Assembly: GCA_963666345.1 (NCBI GenBank)
Contig: OY762721.1
Location: forward strand, 128,001-192,000
Direction: 5' to 3'
Source of the DNA: Desulfatiglandales bacterium
Lineage (GTDB): Bacteria; Desulfobacterota; DSM-4660; Desulfatiglandales; Desulfatiglandaceae
Length of the DNA: 64,000 nucleotides
Shown in pieces: positions 47,411 through 57,140 of the stretch. Every line of letters begins with the position of its first letter. Positions within the stretch are counted from its first letter, which is position 1. Both the position numbers and the translations under genes were made by a program. The notes under the pieces are model-generated. The model had not been told where the DNA came from, ran no database searches, and was given only the letters and a program-made list of their open reading frames with translations.

Positions 47411-50020
47411 ATGGCAAAAATCAGTAAGATACAGGTTTCATCAGGTCTATACTGGGTGCAAGTGCCTGAGGCCGGCCTATATATTATGTGCGGCTGCCCG
47501 GCAGACAGCGTAAAACACCTAAAGAAAATGGGGCTTATCGTTGCCTCTGAAAAGCATGGAACCTCCTTTGAGACAGGCCCCAACGCCATTTTGCTTTCAG
47601 ACATACTGGTACAAAAAGAATGTTTTTCAAACCTGGCCGAATTCCCCGTACTTCAAATGCTTTACAAGCAGGGGATGATCCTGCCGGGGCATCCCAATAA
47701 TACAGGGGTAAGACCTATTCTCATAGGTTCCCAAGAGCAGGTAGCCTCACAGATGCAATATATTTACCGTGGCAATTACGGCCTGATCTCAAAAAAAGAA
47801 ATAATGGAAACCGGTATATCTGAAGAAACCGCAAACGATCTGATGCGGCTCAAATTGAAATTTGCCTTTGGAAACATACGTCACACAGAGGATCTGCTCG
47901 ACTCAAAGATCGTAAAAAAAGAGCCGGTTGAAATAAGAAATGGCCTTTTTATTCGCAGACTCAAGCTGAATCTATTTGAATTGACATATAATGGTGAATC
48001 CGTCACAGTCGACTTGAATCTGGGTCAAAATGAGTCATATGAGACACCTTATCCACTTGGATTTCACAATATAAGAAGGGAATATTTCGCAGTCGTTCAT
48101 GCCGGAGAAGGCGACGGATGGAACGTAAATCACCCCTGTATGTCAAGCATACTAATGTTTCAGGGTAAAATATACCTGATCGATGCAGGCCCTAATATTC
48201 ACCATAGCCTCAAATCACTAGGTATAGGGATAAATGAAATCGAGGGAATATTCCACACCCATGCACACGACGATCACTTCGCGGGTCTTACGACCCTTAT
48301 GAGATCGGGCCGTAAAATAAAATATTACAGCGTCCCGCTGGTGCGCTCTTCCGTGATAAAAAAACTTTCAGCCCTGGCAGCCATAGGGGAGAAAGATTTT
48401 TCAAGATATTTCAATATATATGACCTTGAACTGAACAGATGGAACGATATCAGCGGCCTTCAGGTGAAACCGCTCCTTTCCCCTCACCCGGTTGAGACGA
48501 CAATCTACACATTTCGCACACTGAGCGAAAAAGGATATATATCTTATTCACACTATGCGGATATAACCTCCTTTGGCATCTTGAAAGAGATGCTGACGAA
48601 CGACACATCCGAACCGGGGATATCGAAATCCTTTTACGAAGAGGTGCGAAGGCAATACCTCGCAGGTGCGAATCTCAAAAAGCTGGACGCAGGCGGAGGC
48701 CTGATACATGGAAACGCCATTGATTTTAAACATGACACCTCTTCCAAGATACTCCTGTCCCACAAGTCCTCAGAACTGAATGTAACAGAAAAGGAGATAG
48801 GGTCAGGTGCGCCTTTCGGTATGGTTGATGTACTTATCCCCTCAAACCAGGACTACCTCTATCAGTATGCATTCAGGATCCTTAGCACGCATTTCCCCGG
48901 CATATCCCACGACAGGATAAACATACTTTTAAACAATGAGGTGAAGACATTCAATCCCGAATCAATACTTGTAAGGAAAGACGAGATAAACAGTCATATA
49001 TACCTGATACTTACCGGAGACGTAGAGGTTATCCGGTCTGAATCTGGCACCTGCAATCTGCTGTCCGCCGGTGGGTATGCAGGAGCCGACTCAGGTCTTA
49101 ATAGCTTTCCCTCAAGGTATACATATCGGGCCGCCAATTTTGTCCAGGTTCTGAAACTGCCCGCCGCTCTTTGCATCGATATAATCAAGGAAGAAGGGGC
49201 GTTCGAGAATATTTCCAGACTGCTGGGGATTAACAGCTTTCTTCTAAACACATGGCTGCTTGGCGAGGAGGTCCCCTTTTTGACCCAGATGAAGATAGCC
49301 GCCAGCATGAAATTAAAGACCTTCAAGTCGGGTGAGAAGATACCCGCGAACTGCGGGCCATGCATCAAGCTTGTAAAAGAGGGCAAACTGAATATCTACC
49401 TTGAGAGCAACCTTTTTCAGACGCTGGGTCCAGGCGGTTTTTTCGGTGAGGCAGAGGTGCTTTTCGGAACTGCCGACAGTTTCAGCCTTAAGGCGGTTGA
49501 ACCCACTTCTATTTATTTCATACCGAAAGACTTACTTATCAATATACCGATAGTGCAGTGCAAGCTTTTTGAAACCCATGAAAAAAGAAAGATAATGATC
49601 GCAACCCCGGAACTTATGACCATGCTTCTCTTTGAATGGAAGAAGGAGTATGAAACCGGGCTTACGGAAATTGACAGCGACCATAAATGGCTCCTTGAAC
49701 TTGCTGAAACCCTCTGTGCAAAAAATGCCATCGGCGAGTCAAAGTCGGTAGTAAAGGAGCATTTGAGGCTTCTGATAGACAATACCAAGGCCCATTTCAA
49801 AAGGGAAGAGGCCCTTATGCGCAAGCATGGATACCCCCCTTACAGCGACCATGTGGAAAAACATGAAAGACTGATAAAGGAAGCCGGAAATCTGGATAAG
49901 GAACTGGATACCGGTGAAATTCAGATGAACAAACGTTTTATCGGTTTTATTAAGAAGTGGGTCGTAAGCCACATAATCTACGAAGACATCAAGATAGGCG
50001 CCCATATAAGAGGCGAGTAA
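47411..50020 (+). CDS. MBL-fold hydrolase + two cNMP-binding domains + C-terminal bacteriohemerythrin
   Basis: HTHAHDDH and HPVET (MBL); 'YLILTGDV' and 'LGPGGFFGE' (cNMP); DHKW, HFKREE, HVEKH, HIIYED (hemerythrin). Confidence 0.88.
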   Translation: MAKISKIQVSSGLYWVQVPEAGLYIMCGCPADSVKHLKKMGLIVASEKHGTSFETGPNAILLSDILVQKECFSNLAEFPVLQMLYKQGMILPGHPNNTGVRPILIGSQEQVASQMQYIYRGNYGLISKKEIMETGISEETANDLMRLKLKFAFGNIRHTEDLLDSKIVKKEPVEIRNGLFIRRLKLNLFELTYNGESVTVDLNLGQNESYETPYPLGFHNIRREYFAVVHAGEGDGWNVNHPCMSSILMFQGKIYLIDAGPNIHHSLKSLGIGINEIEGIFHTHAHDDHFAGLTTLMRSGRKIKYYSVPLVRSSVIKKLSALAAIGEKDFSRYFNIYDLELNRWNDISGLQVKPLLSPHPVETTIYTFRTLSEKGYISYSHYADITSFGILKEMLTNDTSEPGISKSFYEEVRRQYLAGANLKKLDAGGGLIHGNAIDFKHDTSSKILLSHKSSELNVTEKEIGSGAPFGMVDVLIPSNQDYLYQYAFRILSTHFPGISHDRINILLNNEVKTFNPESILVRKDEINSHIYLILTGDVEVIRSESGTCNLLSAGGYAGADSGLNSFPSRYTYRAANFVQVLKLPAALCIDIIKEEGAFENISRLLGINSFLLNTWLLGEEVPFLTQMKIAASMKLKTFKSGEKIPANCGPCIKLVKEGKLNIYLESNLFQTLGPGGFFGEAEVLFGTADSFSLKAVEPTSIYFIPKDLLINIPIVQCKLFETHEKRKIMIATPELMTMLLFEWKKEYETGLTEIDSDHKWLLELAETLCAKNAIGESKSVVKEHLRLLIDNTKAHFKREEALMRKHGYPPYSDHVEKHERLIKEAGNLDKELDTGEIQMNKRFIGFIKKWVVSHIIYEDIKIGAHIRGE

Positions 50021-50037
50021 AACCTTTCAGATAATTT

Positions 50038-50526
50038 CTATTCAGGTTCTCTGTATAGCCCCAGGATACCTGACCTTGCGAGTTTTTTTATACCCATAGG
50101 CTCAAGCAGTCTTATGAGCGCTTCAATTTTTTCAGGGCCTCCGGTTGCCTCTATTATGTAATGGCTGGCACCTGTGTCAACAACCTGACACCTGAAGGTG
50201 TCAACTATCCTCATTATCTCCTGCCTGTTATTCACGCTGGCCTTGACGCATATAAGGGCCATTTCACGCCTAACAGCCCTTTCAATCGTCATGTCCCTTA
50301 CTTTTATGACGTTTATCAGTCTTCTCAAATATTTAAAGATATGCTCCAGATGTTCATCGTCTGTCCTTGTCGTTATGGTTATCCGTGACATCTTGGGATT
50401 TGCCGTGGGAGCACCGCATATTGTCTCAATGTTGTAGCCGCGACCTGCAAATAGGCCGGAGACCCTGGCAGTCACACCCGGTTCATTTTCAACCAGCATC
50501 GTTATTATATGTCTTTCCTGTTTCAT
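50038..50526 (-). CDS. ilvN: Acetolactate synthase small (regulatory) subunit
   Basis: LVENEPGVTARVSGLFAGRGYNI, SRITI, REMALICV, ARSG. Confidence 0.92.
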   Translation of the reverse strand: MKQERHIITMLVENEPGVTARVSGLFAGRGYNIETICGAPTANPKMSRITITTRTDDEHLEHIFKYLRRLINVIKVRDMTIERAVRREMALICVKASVNNRQEIMRIVDTFRCQVVDTGASHYIIEATGGPEKIEALIRLLEPMGIKKLARSGILGLYREPE

Positions 50527-50716
50527 AACCCCTTCTCAAAAACAAAAATTACCATATACCTTAGCCCTTTATTTATCCCTAGGGCAAGCTTTTTTCATTG
50601 GCCGGCACACCTTCCCCGCTTTTATTGCAGAGAAGGGCCTTGTAATCAAAATTAAAGTGGTTAAATTTTACGTTTCGTTTAATCTATAAATATTTTGACT
50701 TTGGAGACACCTAAAC

Positions 50717-52564
50717 ATGTCGCAAAACATGAAAAACGACAGACTGAGAAACATCGCCATAATCGCCCATGTGGATCATGGTAAAACAACACTTGTAGAC
50801 TCCATGTTCCGCCAAAGTGGCATGTTCAGGGAAAATCAGCAGGTTGACGAACGACTTATGGATACCATGGACCTTGAAAAGGAACGAGGCATCACAATAG
50901 CGGCAAAAAACTGTTCAGTCGTCTGGAAGGGCGTCAGAATCAACATTATCGATACCCCGGGTCATGCCGATTTCGGCGGAGAGGTCGAACGGGCGCTCTC
51001 CATGGCTGACGGTGCGATACTGCTTGTCGATGCATCTGAAGGCCCCCTGCCCCAGACCCGTTTCGTCCTGAAAAAGGCCCTTGAGGCTCACCTTAAAATC
51101 ATTGTCGTCATCAACAAGGTAGACCGTCAGGACGCACGACCCGACGAGGTTCTTGATGAGATATACGACCTTCTCATAGACCTGGATGCAAATGATGAGC
51201 AACTTGAATTTCCCCTGCTCTACGCAGTGGGCAGGCAGGGCATAGCCATGAAAAACCCTGAAGAAAAAGGCGAAAATATCCATATTCTCATGGACACAAT
51301 TATTGAAGAAATCCCGGGGCCTTCCCACGACCTGAAAGCGCCATTCCAAATGCTGGTATCAGATCTGGGCTATTCAGATTACATGGGCAGGCTTGCTATT
51401 GGAAAGGTCTTTAACGGAATCGCACGTTCAAGAGACAGCCTTGTATGCATAGATGAAACCGGCAAGAGTATCCCCTTGAAGATATCCAAGCTTCAGGTAT
51501 ATGAGGGCATAAAATTAAATGACGTAGATGAAGTGAAATCAGGGGATATAGCGGTTATTGCAGGCATTGAAAAGGTCAAGATAGGCGATACCATCTGTAA
51601 CCTTCAGAACCCGCATGCTCTTCCCCGTATACGAGTTGATGAGCCAACCGTATCGATAAAATTCACGGTCAATGACTCTCCCTTCGGGGGCAAGGAAGGA
51701 CGCTATGTACAGTCCAGCCGCATCCGGGAACGCCTCCTGAAGGAGACGCTTCTCAACGTCGCCATCCAGGTGGAAGAGGCAGAAGACCGTGAGAGTATGA
51801 TGGTCAAAGGAAGGGGAGAATTCCAACTTGCGATCCTCATTGAAACAATGCGCAGGGAGGGATATGAATTCTGCGTCGGACGGCCGAAGGTAATCTACAC
51901 TTACAAAGACGGCAAAAAGCTTGAGCCGATGGAACGACTCCTGGTAGACTGCGAAGAAGGCTTTCTGGGTGTGGTTACCGAAAAGCTTTCTCTTCGAAAG
52001 GGAAAGATGACAAACATGGTCAACAATGGAAACGGGAGGGTAAGGATCGAGTACTCCCTTCCCAGCCGTACCTTGATCGGCTACAGGGATGAATTTCTGA
52101 CCGACACCAGGGGCACAGGCATAATGCACTCTCTATTTGACGGCTACGGCGAATTCCGTGGAGAGTGTCTCAGTCGGTTTACCGGCTCAATAGTGTCAGA
52201 TCGCAGCGGAAATGCCGTTGCCTATGCCCTTTCCAACCTCGAGCCGAGGGGGCGTCTGTTTTTACAGCCGTGCGATCCGGTCTATGAAGGAATGATTGTA
52301 GGTGAGCACAACCGTGGCCAGGATATCAACGTGAATCCCTGCAAGGAAAAGAAGCTGACCAATATGCGGGCCGCAGGAAAGGATGACAATGTGATCCTTT
52401 CCCCGATAAAACCGATGACCTTGGAGCAGATCATTAGTTTTATCCGTGAGGACGAAATGGTTGAGGTTACGCCTCTTTCACTTCGAATGAGAAAGACGGT
52501 GCTTACCGCACAGCAGCGTCGAATAATGCGCCCCTCCAGGATAAACAGTCAGCAAGCCGCATAG
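50717..52564 (+). CDS. typA: Translational GTPase TypA/BipA
   Basis: AHVDHGKTT, DTPGHADFGGEVER, GRGEFQL, KKLTNMRA. Confidence 0.96.
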   Translation: MSQNMKNDRLRNIAIIAHVDHGKTTLVDSMFRQSGMFRENQQVDERLMDTMDLEKERGITIAAKNCSVVWKGVRINIIDTPGHADFGGEVERALSMADGAILLVDASEGPLPQTRFVLKKALEAHLKIIVVINKVDRQDARPDEVLDEIYDLLIDLDANDEQLEFPLLYAVGRQGIAMKNPEEKGENIHILMDTIIEEIPGPSHDLKAPFQMLVSDLGYSDYMGRLAIGKVFNGIARSRDSLVCIDETGKSIPLKISKLQVYEGIKLNDVDEVKSGDIAVIAGIEKVKIGDTICNLQNPHALPRIRVDEPTVSIKFTVNDSPFGGKEGRYVQSSRIRERLLKETLLNVAIQVEEAEDRESMMVKGRGEFQLAILIETMRREGYEFCVGRPKVIYTYKDGKKLEPMERLLVDCEEGFLGVVTEKLSLRKGKMTNMVNNGNGRVRIEYSLPSRTLIGYRDEFLTDTRGTGIMHSLFDGYGEFRGECLSRFTGSIVSDRSGNAVAYALSNLEPRGRLFLQPCDPVYEGMIVGEHNRGQDINVNPCKEKKLTNMRAAGKDDNVILSPIKPMTLEQIISFIREDEMVEVTPLSLRMRKTVLTAQQRRIMRPSRINSQQAA

Positions 52565-52641
52565 AGCGCACACGCCCCCAGTGTTAAGCCATCCAAGGGA
52601 CCGGGGTGATTTCCGTCCTCATCAAAGGGGAATCAGACGGC

Positions 52642-53874
52642 ATGGAGGATAAAAAAGAACAGGGTTCTTTTCCTGCCCTTCATTCATTTAAATACAGGGA
52701 TTTTAGGTGGCTCTGGATAGGCACCTTTTTCTCATTCGCAGCGGTAAATATGCAGCAGATCACAAGGGGCTGGCTCATACTAAGGCTGACCGATGACTCA
52801 CCTCTTGCACTTTCATTGGTAATGATGTCTTTCGCACTCCCGCTCACTTTTGCCTCGCTCATAGGTGGAGCGATGGCGGACAGGGTCGCCAGGCAGAAGA
52901 TGATAATCATCTGCCAGAGCGGTAACGCATTTATGACCCTTCTGCTTGCGATCCTTGACATTACAGGTCTGGTCCGTTTCTGGCACCTCATGGTCCTCGG
53001 ATTCATCAACGGAACCCTTGCCGCCTTTAACATGCCAAGTAGACAATCGATCGTATCAGACATAGTCTCCCAAAAAGAACTTATGAATGCCATCTCCTTA
53101 AACAGTGCCGGGATGAACCTCACGCGTATAGTTGGACCGGCTCTGGCCGGGTTTCTGATCATCTATTTTGATACAGGGCTCGTTTTCCTGATGATCGCCT
53201 GTGTGCATGCCGTTTCTGTAGTCTGCACCTCCTTTATTGCCACCGGCAAGAAAAGTACGTCCGATCCAGGACAAGGGGTGTTTTCCGACATCCTGCTGGG
53301 TTTCCGATATGCCAGGGGAAACAGTACACTTTTTTGCCTCGTAATAATGTGCTTTGTGCCTGCGCTCTTCGGTTTTCCTTATATTGCACTCCTGCCCGCG
53401 TGGGCAAAAGAGGTACTTGACGTAAAGGCCGACGGTCTGGGATTTCTAATGATGTTTATGGGATTGGGCTCCCTTACCGGGACCCTGGTGCTGGCATCAA
53501 TAAGGCATATGAAAAAAAGGGGCACGGTCCTGCTGGCCAACAGTCTGGGATGGGGAATTTCGCTTTTCGTCTTTTCACAGAGTCTCTCATATTCTACCGC
53601 CTTTGCCGCACTTTTCCTTGTAGGCCTTATAAGCGCGGTGTTCATGTCGCTCAACATGACCTTGATGCAGTCATATTCATCCAACGAAATGAGAGGCAGG
53701 ATCGTGAGCATGGCCATGATGACCTTCGGCATAATGCCTCTTAGCGCAGTCCCCTTCGGGGCTGTCGCTGAAAAAATAGGGACGGCCAATTCCCTCGGCA
53801 TCGCGGGCGTGCTTTTGCTCCTTTTTACAATAACATTTATCTTTCTGTTTCCCCGATTCCGAAAGATCTCCTGA
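52642..53874 (+). CDS. MFS transporter (MFS_3-like)
   Basis: DFRWLW, GGAMADR, PSRQSIV, NAISLNS, MRGRIVS; about 12 TM segments. Confidence 0.9.
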   Translation: MEDKKEQGSFPALHSFKYRDFRWLWIGTFFSFAAVNMQQITRGWLILRLTDDSPLALSLVMMSFALPLTFASLIGGAMADRVARQKMIIICQSGNAFMTLLLAILDITGLVRFWHLMVLGFINGTLAAFNMPSRQSIVSDIVSQKELMNAISLNSAGMNLTRIVGPALAGFLIIYFDTGLVFLMIACVHAVSVVCTSFIATGKKSTSDPGQGVFSDILLGFRYARGNSTLFCLVIMCFVPALFGFPYIALLPAWAKEVLDVKADGLGFLMMFMGLGSLTGTLVLASIRHMKKRGTVLLANSLGWGISLFVFSQSLSYSTAFAALFLVGLISAVFMSLNMTLMQSYSSNEMRGRIVSMAMMTFGIMPLSAVPFGAVAEKIGTANSLGIAGVLLLLFTITFIFLFPRFRKIS

Positions 53875-53878
53875 CAGG

Positions 53879-55051
53879 GTGAATCCTCAACAGATGCCAG
53901 ACAACAGAGAAAAGCTTTACACAAGGCAATTCATCCTGATGGCCCTCTCAAATTTCTTTGTGATAACAAGCTACGGGACATTTTATATGTTCCCCTTGTT
54001 TATAAACTCCCATGGCGGTTCAAAAACGGACATAGGTATAATTATGGGAGTCGCAGCCCTTTCCTCCGTGCTTTTCCGTCCCTGCGTATCCCGGCTAATA
54101 GATATCGTGGGAAGGAGAAAAGGCTACACTATTGCCTGCCTCGGCATGGCTGCCTTTGGACTTTCCTATGTCCTTTTTGATGGAGACCTGAGGGAATTCT
54201 ATATTCCGCTTCTATTCGTGAGGGTTTTTCACGGAATCGTGGTGGCCCTTTACTTCACATCCGGCTATACTTACGTGGCGGATATCATACCCTCGTCGCG
54301 CTTAACCGAAGGTGTCGGCATGTTTGGTGCGACAGGGCTTACCGGAATGGCCATTGGTCCCGTAATTGCCGAAGCGGTTATCAAGTCCGCCGGTTTCCCG
54401 ACCCTTTTTGTAACTTCCGCCCTGATAGCAGTTACAGGAACATTGACGCACCTCCCACTCCCGGAATCATACGTTGCATCCGGAAGAGAGAACGGCACCC
54501 AGTTTTTCTCCCTTCTTTCAAAGAAAAAGACAAGAACGGTTGCCGCTCTTTCCATGCTTTTCGGCCTGAGCCTGGCAGCATCCACGAACTTCGTGGCACC
54601 CTTTGCCGAGGAAATGAACCTTCCGCTCATATCCCTTTACTTTATATCCTATTCAGCATCCGCGGTTATCATAAGGGTTTTCGGCGGAACACTCGCGGAT
54701 AGATTCGGGGAAATCAAGGTCCTCCCCTATTCCCTTGTTTTCACGGCTTCAGGCTTTTTCAGTCTCATACTGCTTCAGGGCAATTGCGCACTCCTGATGG
54801 CGGGATTACTTGTGGGTTGCGGCACAGGGCTCCTTTTCCCCTGCCTTAACGGACTGGCGGTCCGTCATGAGCCCATTCAAGACAGGAGCAAGGCAACGGC
54901 CATTTTTACCGGCGCGATTGATTCGGGACTGTTTCTGGGCTCCATAACACTGGGGGTAATCGGGGAATGGGGAGGTTATAAGATGCTCTTCCTAGTAGCA
55001 GGCCTTGGGATACTTTCAGGCCTCTGCACCAGGCGTAATGTAAAAGGCTAG
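53879..55051 (+). CDS. MFS transporter
   Basis: IDIVGRR, RVFHG, ADIIPSSR..EG, GTLADRFG; about 12 TM segments. Confidence 0.9.
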   Translation: MNPQQMPDNREKLYTRQFILMALSNFFVITSYGTFYMFPLFINSHGGSKTDIGIIMGVAALSSVLFRPCVSRLIDIVGRRKGYTIACLGMAAFGLSYVLFDGDLREFYIPLLFVRVFHGIVVALYFTSGYTYVADIIPSSRLTEGVGMFGATGLTGMAIGPVIAEAVIKSAGFPTLFVTSALIAVTGTLTHLPLPESYVASGRENGTQFFSLLSKKKTRTVAALSMLFGLSLAASTNFVAPFAEEMNLPLISLYFISYSASAVIIRVFGGTLADRFGEIKVLPYSLVFTASGFFSLILLQGNCALLMAGLLVGCGTGLLFPCLNGLAVRHEPIQDRSKATAIFTGAIDSGLFLGSITLGVIGEWGGYKMLFLVAGLGILSGLCTRRNVKG

Positions 55052-55473
55052 CAAGGCTCCACTGAGGGGAGATTTCGTGTCTTTTTTAAGGCGCTTCTGT
55101 GCCTTTTGTTATCAAGCCTCTTCCTTTTTGAGGAAGCCGGAGGCCTTGTCTGTTTCCTTTTTCTGGGCCTCTTAAGCGCCCTTTTCAAAAGCCCTGCGAG
55201 TCTTTCTCTTGCATCCTGCCTGTTTCTTTCCTGGCTTCTGAATCTCTTCGCCTCTATAAGTAAGACGCCATTGTCGGTGATTTTCTTTCCTGCCAGTCTT
55301 ATGAGCCTTTTCTTTACCTCTTCAGGGATAGAACCTGAGCTTTTCACGTCAAACCGGAGCTGAACCGCAGTAGCCACCTTGTTGACATTCTGCCCCCCTG
55401 GACCGGATGAATGAATAAAGGATTCATTAATTTCTTTTTCGTCAATTTTCACACCAGCTTCGATAATGATCAC
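55048..55473 (-). CDS. arfB: Alternative ribosome rescue peptidyl-tRNA hydrolase
   Basis: SSGPGGQNVNK (GGQ), RSQERNR, basic C-terminal tail; GTG 55473 after GGAGG. Confidence 0.92.
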   Translation of the reverse strand: MIIIEAGVKIDEKEINESFIHSSGPGGQNVNKVATAVQLRFDVKSSGSIPEEVKKRLIRLAGKKITDNGVLLIEAKRFRSQERNRQDARERLAGLLKRALKRPRKRKQTRPPASSKRKRLDNKRHRSALKKTRNLPSVEPC

Positions 55474-55844
55474 GCAAAGATCCTCCATGCAACTCTGATT
55501 CATACGGAAAGAGTCAAATTTCAGCCACAACAGTTAAAAGCTCCCCGGCCAGGCCTGGAAACTCTTTTTTTGGTGACACGGTCAACGCTGAACAATCAAT
55601 TTATTATTATCCCTTGCGCTCAATCATGATTGACTTTTCGAAATGTTTATTCTAGAAAAATTATAAGTTTTTATATACTTGAAAATATTTTTTCATATTG
55701 CTGCTGATTTTTTTTCAAACGGAAGTCGAAATTCATTGTAATTATTTATAATATAGGTTTTATAGATCCACTGTGTCTTAATAGAAAACTGCCACCTTTC
55801 TATAACTGATAATCAAAACCAACCTTATAAGGAGGAAACAAAAA

Positions 55845-55985
55845 ATGGCTGCCTTTATAGAAGCGATATCATACAATAGCTGGGCGTATATGTTTTTAAT
55901 GGGGGGAATAATCGTTGCCATCTATGTGGTGCTTTTTTTAATAACCAAGAGATATATAAACATTCATAAACAAGACGAGGTCTAG
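55845..55985 (+). CDS. Unannotated 46-aa single-TM small protein
   Basis: AAGGAGG RBS; MAAFIEAISYNSWAYMFLMGGIIVAIYVVLFLITKRYINIHKQDEV. Confidence 0.65.
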   Translation: MAAFIEAISYNSWAYMFLMGGIIVAIYVVLFLITKRYINIHKQDEV

Positions 55986-56167
55986 AAGGACACTGTTAAT
56001 GAAGCTTGCCCCGGTTTTCCAAAGACACGACTCAATATTTCAATATTTTTTTCAATCCATAGGCATTACCATAAAACCGGGGTGAGTTCTTTATCTCCAA
56101 GATATTAATTCGAATCAAAACCTTCCTGCTTTCAATTTCGGGCAATCAGGCGTAAAAGGAGATCAGA

Positions 56168-57118
56168 ATGGAGCGACTTATAAAGAATATAAGCATTCCT
56201 GTCGACGGATCCAAAAACTCCCTCAGATCCATTGACTATCTGGGCCTGATTTACAGCAGCAGTACGATGAATATTTCGGTAAACCTCATCTATATAATGC
56301 CGTCTCTGCCTTCACTAATTGAAAATGGGGGGAAGATTGACAAGAATACCTACGCTTCTGTTATTAAGGCAGAAAAAAAGATACTGGATCAGGCAACGGG
56401 GATGCTTGAAAACGCAAAAGAACTGTTGATCGAAAAGGGTTTTGATAATGAGACGATTAAAATTTCCTATAAAAAACAGCGCTCGGGAGTGGCCAAGGAT
56501 GTCTGCGAATGGGCTTCCGGTAAAAAAACCGATGCACTTCTTTTGACCAGAAGGGGCCGGGGTGAGACGGATCTGGAAGCACTTTTCATGGGAAGGGTTT
56601 CAAATAACATTGTAGAGGCTTGCAAAGAGTCCCCGGTCTGGATACTAGGAGGCCAGGCACCCTCCAACAAGGTTCTAATAGCACTAGACTGTTCCGAAAA
56701 TGCCCTCAGGGCGGTTGACCACGCGGCCTTTATGCTTTCCGACACGGATTGTCCCATTACAATCTTCCATGCGATAAGGGACCTCAAGAGGTTTATCCCA
56801 AATGAAATTGTCGATGACGCTCCTGAGCTTGAAGAGCTGTGGAATAGAAAAGAAGGGAAGATGTTTTCACCTTATCTGGAAAAGGCAATGTCCATGCTTG
56901 AAAATTCCGGAATCTCCAAGGACCGTGTAACGACCAAAATCGCTCATGGCACAAGAAGCCCTGCCGAGGATATCCTTAGAGAGGCAAGGGATAATGAGTA
57001 TGGAACGATTGTCCTGGGCAAACGTGGGAACTCCAAGGTAAAGGACTTTTTGTTCGGTTCTGTGACAAGGAAGCTTCTGTATAAAGCGGTAGGCCGCTGC
57101 CTCTGGATAGTGCAATAA
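56168..57118 (+). CDS. Universal stress protein with tandem Usp domains
   Basis: IPVDGSKNS, MGRVSNNIV, IALDCSENA, IVLGKRG..FLFGSVTRKL. Confidence 0.9.
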   Translation: MERLIKNISIPVDGSKNSLRSIDYLGLIYSSSTMNISVNLIYIMPSLPSLIENGGKIDKNTYASVIKAEKKILDQATGMLENAKELLIEKGFDNETIKISYKKQRSGVAKDVCEWASGKKTDALLLTRRGRGETDLEALFMGRVSNNIVEACKESPVWILGGQAPSNKVLIALDCSENALRAVDHAAFMLSDTDCPITIFHAIRDLKRFIPNEIVDDAPELEELWNRKEGKMFSPYLEKAMSMLENSGISKDRVTTKIAHGTRSPAEDILREARDNEYGTIVLGKRGNSKVKDFLFGSVTRKLLYKAVGRCLWIVQ

Positions 57119-57140
57119 GGAATAGAACCCGTCATATTGC

